From positions 1-55,134 of the forward strand of contig JAKAKZ010000005.1 of NCBI GenBank assembly GCA_021824285.1: a DNA stretch of 55,134 nt, given 5' to 3'. Source of the DNA: a bacterium (GTDB taxonomy: Bacteria; Patescibacteriota; Patescibacteriia; SG8-24). The position numbers were made by a program, and so were the translations under genes. Shown here piece by piece: positions 1 to 7,148 of the stretch (within the stretch, counting starts at the first letter, position 1; every line of letters begins with the position of its first letter). The notes beneath the pieces are model-generated. The model did not search any database. It was given only the letters and a program-made list of their open reading frames with translations, and was not told where the DNA came from.

Positions 1-25
1 TCCCACAACGGGGATGGAGATTTTA

Positions 26-101
26 TGGGGTGGCTAATGGGAATCGAACCCATATTAACGGGACCACAACCCGCTGTGTTAACCATTACACCATAGCCAC
101 C
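26..101 (-). tRNA. tRNA-His (anticodon GTG) with encoded G-1 and CCA
   Basis: The reverse complement folds as a cloverleaf: G-1, acceptor GTGGCTA/TAGCCAC, anticodon loop TTGTGGT, T-loop TTCGATT, discriminator C, CCA. Confidence 0.9.
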
Positions 102-163
102 GTATTGTGCGCCCAATGTGGTTTTGGGCTCAAACGCCCGGTTTCGGGACGTCTCGTTCAAAT

Positions 164-192
164 AAGATAGCGGATATTTAGGAATCTTTCAA
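164..192 (-). promoter_or_regulatory. sigma70-type promoter for tRNA-His
   Basis: On the minus strand: TTGAAA, 17-nt spacer, TATCTT, about 55 nt upstream of the tRNA 5' end. Confidence 0.5.
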
Positions 193-225
193 GACCCAAC
201 TCTACCCGAAAGTCCGGTCGCCGAC

Positions 226-249
226 GAAAAACGGCAGATTCGGCTGCCG
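226..249 (-). terminator. intrinsic terminator
   Basis: Stem CGGCAG/CTGCCG with a 6-nt loop, followed by T5 on the minus strand. Confidence 0.6.
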
Positions 250-275
250 TGCTTTCGCGGTGCGCCCGGGACGAG

Positions 276-328
276 TCCCCCGCCACCTGTCCCTAGTCAA
301 AGACGGCGGGGTCCCGCCAACGGCGGGA
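276..328. repeat. conserved GC-clamp/palindrome element, copy a
   Basis: CCCCCGCCACCTGTCCCTAGTCAAAGACGGCGGGGTCCCGCCAACGGCGGGA. Related copies lie at 502-535, 14254-14304 and 38632-38682. Confidence 0.8.
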
Positions 329-381
329 GAACGTCAAAAATGGATGAACGACAAGACCGCACTTTGCATGCGGTCCTCTCG

Positions 382-456
382 TGGTATCCCCGGTTGGAAT
401 CGAACCAACATCACCAGCTTAGAAGGCTGGGGCTCTATCCGTTGAGCTACGGGGAC
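382..456 (-). tRNA. tRNA-Arg (anticodon TCT), CCA encoded
   Basis: Cloverleaf with acceptor GTCCCCG/CGGGGAT, anticodon arm CCAGC-CTTCTAA-GCTGG and T-arm GTTGG-TTCGATT-CCAAC. Confidence 0.9.
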
Positions 457-470
457 AAACAGATTTTCAA

Positions 471-501
471 CCTGCTTAGAGGCAGGAGCTCTATCCAACT
501 G
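471..501 (-). pseudogene. tRNA-Arg(TCT)-like 5'-half fragment (D-loop plus anticodon arm with a 1-nt deletion)
   Basis: The reverse complement CAGTTGGATAGAGCTCCTGCCTCTAAGCAGG matches about 27/31 positions of the D/anticodon region of the adjacent intact tRNA-Arg. It has no T-arm or acceptor 3' strand. Confidence 0.6.
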
Positions 502-535
502 CCCCGCCACTTATCTCTAGTCAAAGAAGGCGGGA
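502..535. repeat. conserved GC-clamp/palindrome element, copy b (truncated)
   Basis: CCCCGCCACTTATCTCTAGTCAAAGAAGGCGGG. It lacks the second GC hairpin and runs into GGAGTGTGAAGT words. Confidence 0.7.
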
Positions 536-554
536 AGCTACGGGCGCATCGGGA

Positions 555-630
555 GCGTGGAGTGTGAAGTCTGGAGTCGAGTTGGGAGTTTTTCAAAATA
601 ACTCCACACTTTCCGCTTCACGCTTCACCC
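555..630. repeat. degenerate word inverted repeat (GGAGTGTGAAGT flavour)
   Basis: The left arm is GCGTGGAGTGTGAAGTCTGGAGTCGAGTTGGGAGTT. The right arm is ACTCCACACTTTCCGCTTCACGCTTCACCC followed by T5. The right arm overlaps the recombinase stop codon. Confidence 0.7.
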
Positions 631-1568
631 TTTTTGTTACCGTGGTACTTGTCGTAGATCTCCCTCAACCGCTGGTCAGTCACGTGCGTATAGATCTGCG
701 TGGTCGTGATGGACGAGTGGCCGAGCATGGTCTGCACGCTTCTGATGTCCGCGCCGTTCCGCAGGAGGTCCGTGGCGAAAGTGTGGCGCAGGGTGTGCGG
801 CGTGATGCGCTTCGTGATGCCGGCGGCTCTGGCGTAGGATTCGACGATGCGCTGGACGCTTCTGGGCGTCAGCCCCTCCGAATCACGGCCGTTCGCGGCC
901 CTATCATGGCTGACGAACAGGTGTTTGTCCACGTCCGTGCGCCGATCCAAGTATTCCTTCAGCCAGTAGCGCGCCTGATTGGAGAGGAAGACCACGCGCG
1001 GCTTGTCGCCCTTGCCGCGCACCGTGAACTCTTCGAGCTTCAGGTTCACCTGCTCGCGTGTCAGCCCAGCGAGTTCGGAGACGCGCAGGCCGCTCGAAAA
1101 GAGGGTCTCCAGCATGGCGCGGTCGCGGAGCTGAATGATTGAACAGTTTTTCACGTCAATCTCGTGCCCCTGCGGCGTCAGCATCGGCGCCTTCAGCAGC
1201 CGCTCCAGCTCGCTCTCCAACAGGAATTCCACCGACCGCTCCGGCATCTTGGCCAGTTCGATCTTCTCCGGCGCGAGCGCGCGGATGTCGCGCTTGGACA
1301 GGTACTTAAGAAACGAGCGCAGGGCGATCAAGTGATAGTTCTGGGTGTTCTTCTTCATCGGCTGGCCATGGTCATCCTTGTGGCGGTTCAGCCAGACGCG
1401 GTACTCGCGCACCAGGTCGAGCGAGATGGCGGCCGGCGCCGGATTTTTCGCCCAATCGAAAAAACGCCGCAGATAGAAATCGTAGTTCTTAACCGTGCGT
1501 TCTGACCGGTTGCGTTCGACCTCCAGATAGGTCAGGAAGTCGTCGATTAGCTTCTTGGACTCTGGCAT
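618..1568 (-). CDS. tyrosine site-specific recombinase, XerC/XerD family
   Basis: 316 aa with an N-terminal SAM-like core-binding domain. Catalytic motifs are ...LRVSEL..., HTLRHTFATDLL, and GHSSITTTQIYTHV carrying the catalytic Tyr. Confidence 0.9.
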   Translation of the reverse strand: MPESKKLIDDFLTYLEVERNRSERTVKNYDFYLRRFFDWAKNPAPAAISLDLVREYRVWLNRHKDDHGQPMKKNTQNYHLIALRSFLKYLSKRDIRALAPEKIELAKMPERSVEFLLESELERLLKAPMLTPQGHEIDVKNCSIIQLRDRAMLETLFSSGLRVSELAGLTREQVNLKLEEFTVRGKGDKPRVVFLSNQARYWLKEYLDRRTDVDKHLFVSHDRAANGRDSEGLTPRSVQRIVESYARAAGITKRITPHTLRHTFATDLLRNGADIRSVQTMLGHSSITTTQIYTHVTDQRLREIYDKYHGNKKGEA

Positions 1569-1624
1569 GTCTTATATTATACGACACTAATGGGACATCG
1601 AAAAGCGGCCTAAAGCAGTGACTA

Positions 1625-1653
1625 TTGACAGCATCAGACCCTGGTGCTATCCT
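1625..1653 (+). promoter_or_regulatory. near-consensus sigma70 promoter
   Basis: TTGACA (1625-1630), exact 17-nt spacer, TATCCT (1648-1653). It is divergent from the recombinase gene. Confidence 0.65.
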
Positions 1654-1659
1654 GTCCGC

Positions 1660-2141
1660 TACCGTCAAACACGTGCCTGGTGCGCGTGCAGAACGGACGA
1701 GGCGGGACCGGACCGAGGCGCGGATAGGCCGCGCACCGGATAGTCCCATCTACCCAACGCAACCGACGGAGGTTACCGTTGAGGTGCCGAGATCCCCCGT
1801 AGCGGCTGATTCCACGCCGCACACGAAGATCGACGGGGTGAAGCGGGCCACCCGAAAAGACCCGCAAACAGGCACCTGTGCCGGACGCCGGCCAGGAAAA
1901 CAGCGCTCGGAGGTACGCAAATGCGGAAACTGACGCGTTAGCCCCTGGTCCCGGGGCGACAACACAAATAGGGACCGCGCGCGAAGCGCAGCACCCAGCA
2001 CCGCCTCGACCGCCCAAACGACAAAGAAAACCACGATGAAAACCAAGCGATAGCCCCAGTCGGCTCCGGGGCCACGACAAAATAGGAGCCTAAAGTACTC
2101 CTTCAGGGCCGCGGCATGTCGCCGCGGCCCTCGCTTTTTTT
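1660..2141 (+). ncRNA. orphan ~480-nt structured RNA, class unresolved (divergent RNase P RNA is one possibility)
   Basis: Promoter plus strong terminator, no credible ORF, dense local helices, and two hairpins with near-identical 17-18-nt loops. There are partial RNase P CR-like strings but no GGAAAGUCC. Confidence 0.55.
2105..2141 (+). terminator. strong intrinsic terminator
   Basis: GGGCCGCGGC-ATGTC-GCCGCGGCCC followed by TCGC and T7. Confidence 0.85.
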
Positions 2142-2167
2142 GCCGTGGTCTGACCCCTTACTGGGGC

Positions 2168-2196
2168 TTGCCAAAAAACAGCTCGCCTGTTATCTT
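2168..2196 (+). promoter_or_regulatory. sigma70-type promoter of rpsO
   Basis: TTGCCA, 17 nt, TATCTT. It leaves a ~95-nt leader with hairpins before the rpsO ATG. Confidence 0.55.
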
Positions 2197-2295
2197 CCTT
2201 CAGTAATTAATACGACCCTTTGGCTCCGACGCGTCGCTCGCGAGCGACGTGCCCCAGGCTCAAGGGATCGCTGACAGCCCCATTCGGGGACAGAT

Positions 2296-2562
2296 ATGCT
2301 CGACAAGAAGATCAAGGAGAAGCTCATCGCGGAATTCCGCACGCACGAGTCCGACACCGGCTCGCCGCAGGTCCAGATCGCCATCCTGACCGCCGAGATC
2401 AAGGATCTCACCGGCCACCTGATGGACCATAAGAAGGACTTCTCCTCCCGCCGCGGTCTGCTCCGCAAGGTGAGCGAGCGCCGCCGCCTCCTGAAGTACC
2501 TGGAGCGCGAGGACGCCAAGGCCTTCGAGAAGCTCGCCGAGCGCCTGAAGCTCAATGTCTAA
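2296..2562 (+). CDS. rpsO: 30S ribosomal protein S15
   Basis: 88 aa with typical S15 sequence ([34 protein letters not shown]). Confidence 0.95.
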   Translation: MLDKKIKEKLIAEFRTHESDTGSPQVQIAILTAEIKDLTGHLMDHKKDFSSRRGLLRKVSERRRLLKYLEREDAKAFEKLAERLKLNV

Positions 2563-2570
2563 AAATGGAA

Positions 2571-2595
2571 AAGAGGCCTGCGGGCCTCTTTTTTC
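2571..2595 (+). terminator. intrinsic terminator after rpsO
   Basis: AGAGGCC-TGCG-GGCCTCT followed by T6. Confidence 0.8.
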
Positions 2596-2670
2596 GTGGT
2601 GCGGGCAGCGTTGACTTGAGCGCATTATTTTGCTACTATCGCCACGGTCCATTCAACAAAGGAGAGCGGG

Positions 2671-3048
2671 ATGACCGACGAACTGAAACTGAAGCTCGCA
2701 CAGTGGCGAGTGGCTGACGCGGTGGCGAAGCGCAGGCTTGACCGCGGCAATATCATCCTGACGCTGTTCGCGCTGGCTCTCGCGATCGGCAACTGCGTCG
2801 TTTTCACGATTCTGATCGTCCGCCTGCGGCTCGACCCGATTCTCTGCCTGTTCGCAACGGCCATCGCCACCGCGGTTCTCTTCGGCCTGTATGCGAGAGG
2901 CAACATCAGCGCCGGGTCGGAAATCATCAAGCAGCGCCGGGAGGCGCGCCGAAAGATCTTCGGCGAGATCTTAACCGAAGTGCGCCGCGGCATGACTCCC
3001 GAGGCCCTGGAGACGCTGAGTGAATTTCACCTGTCGCTCCGGAACTGA
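2671..3048 (+). CDS. hypothetical membrane protein (2 TM)
   Basis: 125-aa ORF with two hydrophobic segments, preceded by AAAGGAG and followed by a terminator at 3059-3079. Confidence 0.6.
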   Translation: MTDELKLKLAQWRVADAVAKRRLDRGNIILTLFALALAIGNCVVFTILIVRLRLDPILCLFATAIATAVLFGLYARGNISAGSEIIKQRREARRKIFGEILTEVRRGMTPEALETLSEFHLSLRN

Positions 3049-3218
3049 CGCGACCGACCGCCCCGCTTGGGGCGTTTTTGTTAGCAAGACGGTCGCAGAT
3101 GTCTTCGCCCGAAATTGCTAAAATACGCCAAATTTGCTAACATAATAGTGCCTTCCCAGCCGTACGTCTCGGCAGGAAACCGCATTTCCAAAGCGAAAAC
3201 TTTTCAAAACGTCATTTT

Positions 3219-3884
3219 ATGATCAAACACAAGAACCAGCGCGTCGGCGTGTTCATCGACGCGCAAAACCTCTACTACTCGGCGCTCAAGCTTTTTAACC
3301 GCCGAGTGAATTTCGGCAACATCCTGGAGGCCGCAGTCGCGGATCGCCAGCTCATCCGCGCCATCGCCTATGTGGTGAAGGCCACGGGCGAGGAACAGCC
3401 GTTCTTCGACGCGCTCGTCGAGAAGGGCATTGAGGCGCGCGTGCGCGAACTGCAGATTTTCGAGTCCGGCGCCAAGAAGGCCGACTGGGACGTCGGCATG
3501 GCCGTAGACATGATCCGCATCGGCGAGATCCTCGATGTGGTCGTGCTCGTTTCCGGCGACGGCGACTTCGTGGAGCTCGTTGATTACCTCAAGCACCACG
3601 GCCGACAAGTGGAGGTCATCGCCTTTGGCGAAACCACCTCTGCGAAACTCAAGGCCGTGGCCGATGACTTCATCGACCTGTCACGCGAGCAGGACCGCTT
3701 CCTGATCGCCACACCGGCCCGGCACCACCCGCCGCGTCCGGAACCGGCCGCGGCGGCCGCACCTGCTCCGCGGGCCCAAGAACGCCCCGCCCAAGGCCGC
3801 CGCCCGCCCCGCACCCGTCCGACACCGCCGCGACCGCGACCCAGCCGCAGTCCGCGACCGACCGGAAAACTAGTCATCGATTGA
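3219..3884 (+). CDS. NYN/LabA-like (DUF88) domain protein with Pro/Arg-rich C-terminal tail
   Basis: VGVFIDAQNLYY ... VVLVSGDGDF..LV..L...G..V is typical of the NYN fold. The last ~55 aa are low-complexity P/R/A. Confidence 0.75.
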   Translation: MIKHKNQRVGVFIDAQNLYYSALKLFNRRVNFGNILEAAVADRQLIRAIAYVVKATGEEQPFFDALVEKGIEARVRELQIFESGAKKADWDVGMAVDMIRIGEILDVVVLVSGDGDFVELVDYLKHHGRQVEVIAFGETTSAKLKAVADDFIDLSREQDRFLIATPARHHPPRPEPAAAAAPAPRAQERPAQGRRPPRTRPTPPRPRPSRSPRPTGKLVID

Positions 3885-3990
3885 ATCGGCAATCCGCCTC
3901 CGGGCGGATTTTCCGTCATTTCGTCTTTAACGCCGCACCAACGATGCGCTATTCCGCTAATCCAAGCGTAAATCAGAGAGCGCTCGAATC

Positions 3991-4019
3991 TTGACAAAAG
4001 GGCACCGAACCACTAATGT
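3991..4019 (+). promoter_or_regulatory. sigma70-type promoter
   Basis: TTGACA (3991-3996), 17 nt, TAATGT (4014-4019). Confidence 0.6.
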
Positions 4020-4049
4020 CTGCTCGGGCCATTACCGAACGGAGGTCCA

Positions 4050-4292
4050 ATGGACATCAAATTCTTGGTGGAGGCATCGACCTTCGTCCTGGAGTCGGTC
4101 GCCAGAAGTTCGGCGCGGATCGGCATCAACCTTTTCGGCCTCGACGAAAGCCAACAGATGCCGTACCGGACGCGGTCCGGGACCACGGTCTGTCTGGCGC
4201 TCGGAACGGAGAGCACGCGCGACGAGATGAGGAAGATGCCCGGCGTCATCCGCATCTCAAACTTTCCCGAACGGGGGGTTGCCCTATGCTGA
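4050..4292 (+). CDS. small hypothetical protein (80 aa)
   Basis: GGAGG lies 8 nt upstream of the ATG. The alternating beta/alpha pattern suggests a ferredoxin-like fold. The stop overlaps the next start (ATGCTGA). Confidence 0.55.
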   Translation: MDIKFLVEASTFVLESVARSSARIGINLFGLDESQQMPYRTRSGTTVCLALGTESTRDEMRKMPGVIRISNFPERGVALC

Positions 4293-4567
4293 TGTCGACC
4301 AGAATCGCCACGCAAGCGCAGCCGACCATCCGGCTGTCGCGCTCCCTGCTCATCGAATGCGATGCCGCCAAACAACGGCAGATCATCGAGAAGCTGCGGG
4401 CGTACGGCGTCGCCGGCTATCCGGTCCGCGCGGCGACGGTCTACTCGGTCCAGGACAAGACGCGGACGGCAATCATCTCCTGCGTCGCGGACGAGCAGAT
4501 CCTGCCGCTCATCCGGTCGCTGGACGGGGTCCTCTCCGTCACCGTCGGGCCACCGCACAAGCCTTAA
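4286..4567 (+). CDS. small hypothetical protein (93 aa), translationally coupled to 4050-4292
   Basis: ATG at 4286 sits inside an ATGCTGA overlap. The pattern is beta-alpha-beta-beta-alpha-beta like, and a terminator follows directly. Confidence 0.55.
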   Translation: MLMSTRIATQAQPTIRLSRSLLIECDAAKQRQIIEKLRAYGVAGYPVRAATVYSVQDKTRTAIISCVADEQILPLIRSLDGVLSVTVGPPHKP

Positions 4568-4589
4568 CCGCCCACCTGGGCGGTTTTTT
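4568..4589 (+). terminator. intrinsic terminator
   Basis: CCGCCCA-CC-TGGGCGG followed by T6. Confidence 0.8.
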
Positions 4590-4593
4590 GTCT

Positions 4594-4713
4594 GAGATGC
4601 GGAGACCCGAAGATGCGGAGTAGCTGGCCGAATCGCCTATCAACCACTCCGTATCTCCGCGTCTCCACGTCTTCGCGTCTCCGCCACTCCGCATCTCCGC
4701 CACTCCGCATCTC
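4594..4713. repeat. degenerate word inverted repeat (GATGCGGAG flavour)
   Basis: The left arm is GAGATGCGGAGACCCGAAGATGCGGAGTAG. The right arm is a 70-nt array of CTCCGCATC/CTCCGCGTC/CTTCGCGTC words, including a 16-nt unit CGCCACTCCGCATCTC repeated twice. Confidence 0.75.
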
Positions 4714-4900
4714 TACCATCCCTTGAATTATCCTGCCGAATAAGCCACACTGTCTTCGTCTAATATTATGTAATGCGTCGGCACGAAGGTTCGCCGGAAG
4801 ACATAGAGACCGGTGGGAAGTGGCCGACCGCGCCGCAAAACGCGGTCCGCAACCTCTCCAGTGGTCTTGAGCTTTCCAGCGATTCGAGCCGCCGACGGAA

Positions 4901-4918
4901 TATTGCCATATGGCAATA
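4901..4918 (+). promoter_or_regulatory. 18-bp perfect palindrome spanning the pnp start codon
   Basis: TATTGCCATATGGCAATA, with the pnp ATG at 4910-4912 at its centre. Confidence 0.5.
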
Positions 4919-7141
4919 CAGCGTTTCGAGACCCAATGGGGCGGCAAGCCGCTCATCATTGAGGTCGGCAAGTACGCGTTCCAGACCAACGGTTCCTGCA
5001 CCGTGCGGTACGCGGACTCGATGGTCCTCGCGACCGCGGTCATGGAGAAGGAAGCCCGCGAAGGCGGCGACTTCTTCCCGCTGCAGGTGGAATACGAAGA
5101 GAAGCTCTACGCCGGCGGCCGCATCAAGAGCTCGCGTTTCATGAAGCGCGAGGGCCGGCCGTCAGACGACGCCATCATGACCGCGCGCATGATCGACCGG
5201 GCGCTCCGTCCCCTTTTTCCGGACGTCGTGCGCCATGACGTGCAGGTGGTCATCGAGTGCCTCGCCGCGGACCAGGAGAACGACACCGACATGATCGGCA
5301 TGGTCGCCGCTTCCTGTGCCATCGCCATTTCCGATATCCCGTGGGCCGGTCCCCTCGCCGGCGTCCGCGTCGGCCGTGTCGACGGCCAGCTGGTCATCAA
5401 CCCGACTTTCGCGGCGCGCACCAAGAGCGACATGGACGTGATCGTCTCAGGTACCGCGGACAAGACCGTCATGATCGAGGCCGGCGCCCAGGAGGTTCCG
5501 GAGGCCGACATGTACGCGGCGCTCGAGTTCGGCCGCAAGCACCTGGCGGAGCCTATCGCGCTCATCAACCAGGTCGTGGCCGCGATCGGCAAGAAGAAGA
5601 TCGACGCACAGACGCTCACCGGCCTCACCGAGATGACCGATGCCGACAAGTCGACCCGCGCCTCCGTGCTCGCGCACACCGAAGAATTCCTGAAGACCAA
5701 GCTCGCGCCGGCGCTCTTCTCCGGCCCGCTCGTCACCAAAGTCGGCCGCCAGCAGGCCCTCGCGGCGCTCAAAGCCGAGCTCGCTGCGCACCTGAAATCC
5801 AAGAGCGTCGCCAAGGACGATCTCCACTGGGGCCTCGACGAGTTCGACGGCATCGTGGAGGCGGCGGTCACTGAGGCGATTTTGGAGCGCGACCAGCGCG
5901 TGGACGGCCGCAAGCTCGATGAGATCCGCACCCTGACGTCGGAAGTCGCCTGCCTGCCCCGCGTCCACGGCTCCGGCCTGTTCTCGCGCGGCGAGACGCA
6001 GATCCTCTCCATCGTCACGCTCGGCGGTCCCGGCGACCAGCAGATCGTCGAGAATATGGAGGGCGAGTCCAAGAAGCGCTACTTCCACCACTATAACTTC
6101 CCGCCGTACTCCGTCGGCGAGACCGGCCGCATCGGCACCCCAGGCCGCCGCGAGATCGGCCACGGCGGACTCGCCGAGCGCGCGCTCGTGCCGGTGCTCC
6201 CGCCGAAGGAGACCTTCCCCTACACCATCCGCGTCGTCTCCGAGTGCCTCGGTTCCAACGGCTCGTCCTCGCAGGGCTCCATCTGCGGCTCGACGCTCGC
6301 CCTCATGGACGCCGGCGTGCCGATTAAGGCGCCAGTCGCGGGCATCGCCATGGGTCTGGCCTCCGATGAGGCCAAGGGCCGCTACAAGATCCTCACCGAC
6401 CTGCAGGACCTGGAAGACGGCACGGGCGGCATGGACTTCAAGATCGGCGGTACCCGCAAGGGCATCACCTCCATCCAGCTCGACACCAAGACTTCCGGCC
6501 TGCCGCCGAAATTGGTTGAAGATACTCTCAATCAGGCGCGCGCCGGCCGCATGCAGATTCTCGACGTGATGGAGAAGGCCATCCCGACGCCGCGCGCCGA
6601 CATGTCGCCGCTCGCGCCGCGCATCGTGACCGTGAAGATCAACCCGGAGAAGATCCGCGACGTCATCGGTCCGGGCGGCAAGATGATCAACAAGATCCAG
6701 GATGAGACCGGCGCCACCATCGACATCGAGCAGGACGGCACCGTGACCATCTGTTCCAACAACAAGGCCGGCCTCGACTCGGCTGTCGAGATGGTGAAGA
6801 CCATCACCCGCGAGGTCGTCGTCGGCGAGCTGTACCGCGGCAAGGTCGTGCGTCTTATGGACTTCGGTGCCTTCGTGGAAATCCTCCCGGGCACCGACGG
6901 TCTGGTGCACATCTCCGAACTCGCCCCATGGCGCGTCGGCCGCGTGACGGACATCGTCAACATCGGCGACGAGATTCCGGTCATCGTCACGGAAATCGAC
7001 GAGCTCGGGCGCATCAACCTGTCGCATAAGCGCGCCAAGGCCCAGCTCGGCGAGACCATGACGCCTCCGCCGGGCATGAACCAGAGCGGCGGTGGCTTCG
7101 GCGGTCCGCGCCCACTGCCGCGCCGCGACGACCGGCGCTAA
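4910..7141 (+). CDS. pnp: polyribonucleotide nucleotidyltransferase (PNPase)
   Basis: 743 aa with two RNase PH domains, KH and S1 ([28 protein letters not shown]), plus a short Gly/Arg tail. Confidence 0.97.
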   Translation: MAIQRFETQWGGKPLIIEVGKYAFQTNGSCTVRYADSMVLATAVMEKEAREGGDFFPLQVEYEEKLYAGGRIKSSRFMKREGRPSDDAIMTARMIDRALRPLFPDVVRHDVQVVIECLAADQENDTDMIGMVAASCAIAISDIPWAGPLAGVRVGRVDGQLVINPTFAARTKSDMDVIVSGTADKTVMIEAGAQEVPEADMYAALEFGRKHLAEPIALINQVVAAIGKKKIDAQTLTGLTEMTDADKSTRASVLAHTEEFLKTKLAPALFSGPLVTKVGRQQALAALKAELAAHLKSKSVAKDDLHWGLDEFDGIVEAAVTEAILERDQRVDGRKLDEIRTLTSEVACLPRVHGSGLFSRGETQILSIVTLGGPGDQQIVENMEGESKKRYFHHYNFPPYSVGETGRIGTPGRREIGHGGLAERALVPVLPPKETFPYTIRVVSECLGSNGSSSQGSICGSTLALMDAGVPIKAPVAGIAMGLASDEAKGRYKILTDLQDLEDGTGGMDFKIGGTRKGITSIQLDTKTSGLPPKLVEDTLNQARAGRMQILDVMEKAIPTPRADMSPLAPRIVTVKINPEKIRDVIGPGGKMINKIQDETGATIDIEQDGTVTICSNNKAGLDSAVEMVKTITREVVVGELYRGKVVRLMDFGAFVEILPGTDGLVHISELAPWRVGRVTDIVNIGDEIPVIVTEIDELGRINLSHKRAKAQLGETMTPPPGMNQSGGGFGGPRPLPRRDDRR

Positions 7142-7148
7142 AAGAACC

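Noticed and set aside
26-1568. The tyrosine recombinase next to tRNA-His and tRNA-Arg as the edge of an integrated island or prophage.
   Set aside because: The recombinase is XerC/D-like in length and motifs and lies on the 5' side of the tRNAs. No cargo, excisionase or phage genes follow. The duplicated tRNA piece is a 5' half, not the 3' att-type duplication.
1625-2080. ORFs of 102 aa (1625-1933, +), 148 aa and 98 aa (minus strand) inside the structured-RNA region.
   Set aside because: None has an RBS. The plus-strand ORF starts upstream of the predicted TSS. Their composition is Arg/Pro/Gly-rich shadow typical of GC-rich non-coding DNA. The region is bounded by its own promoter and terminator.
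1660-2141. tmRNA identity for the structured RNA, suggested by local similarity of GGCTGATTCC...GATCGACGGGG to the tmRNA 5' region.
   Set aside because: There is no T-arm (GGTTCGAnTCC), no acceptor stem or CCA end, and no tag reading frame ending in Ala-Ala-stop. A permuted layout was also checked and not found.
4016-4567. A single 183-aa ORF from the track.
   Set aside because: Its first 90 aa overlap the better-supported 4050-4292 ORF out of frame, and that ORF has a GGAGG RBS. An internal ATG at 4286 forms an ATGCTGA coupling junction.
4594-4713. The word-repeat arrays (also 9827-9918, 14933-15010, 30301-30423, 41871-41973) as CRISPR arrays.
   Set aside because: There is no constant-length repeat with unique spacers. 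The units are 8-12-nt degenerate words, arranged as opposed arms around terminators. No cas genes are present in the window.
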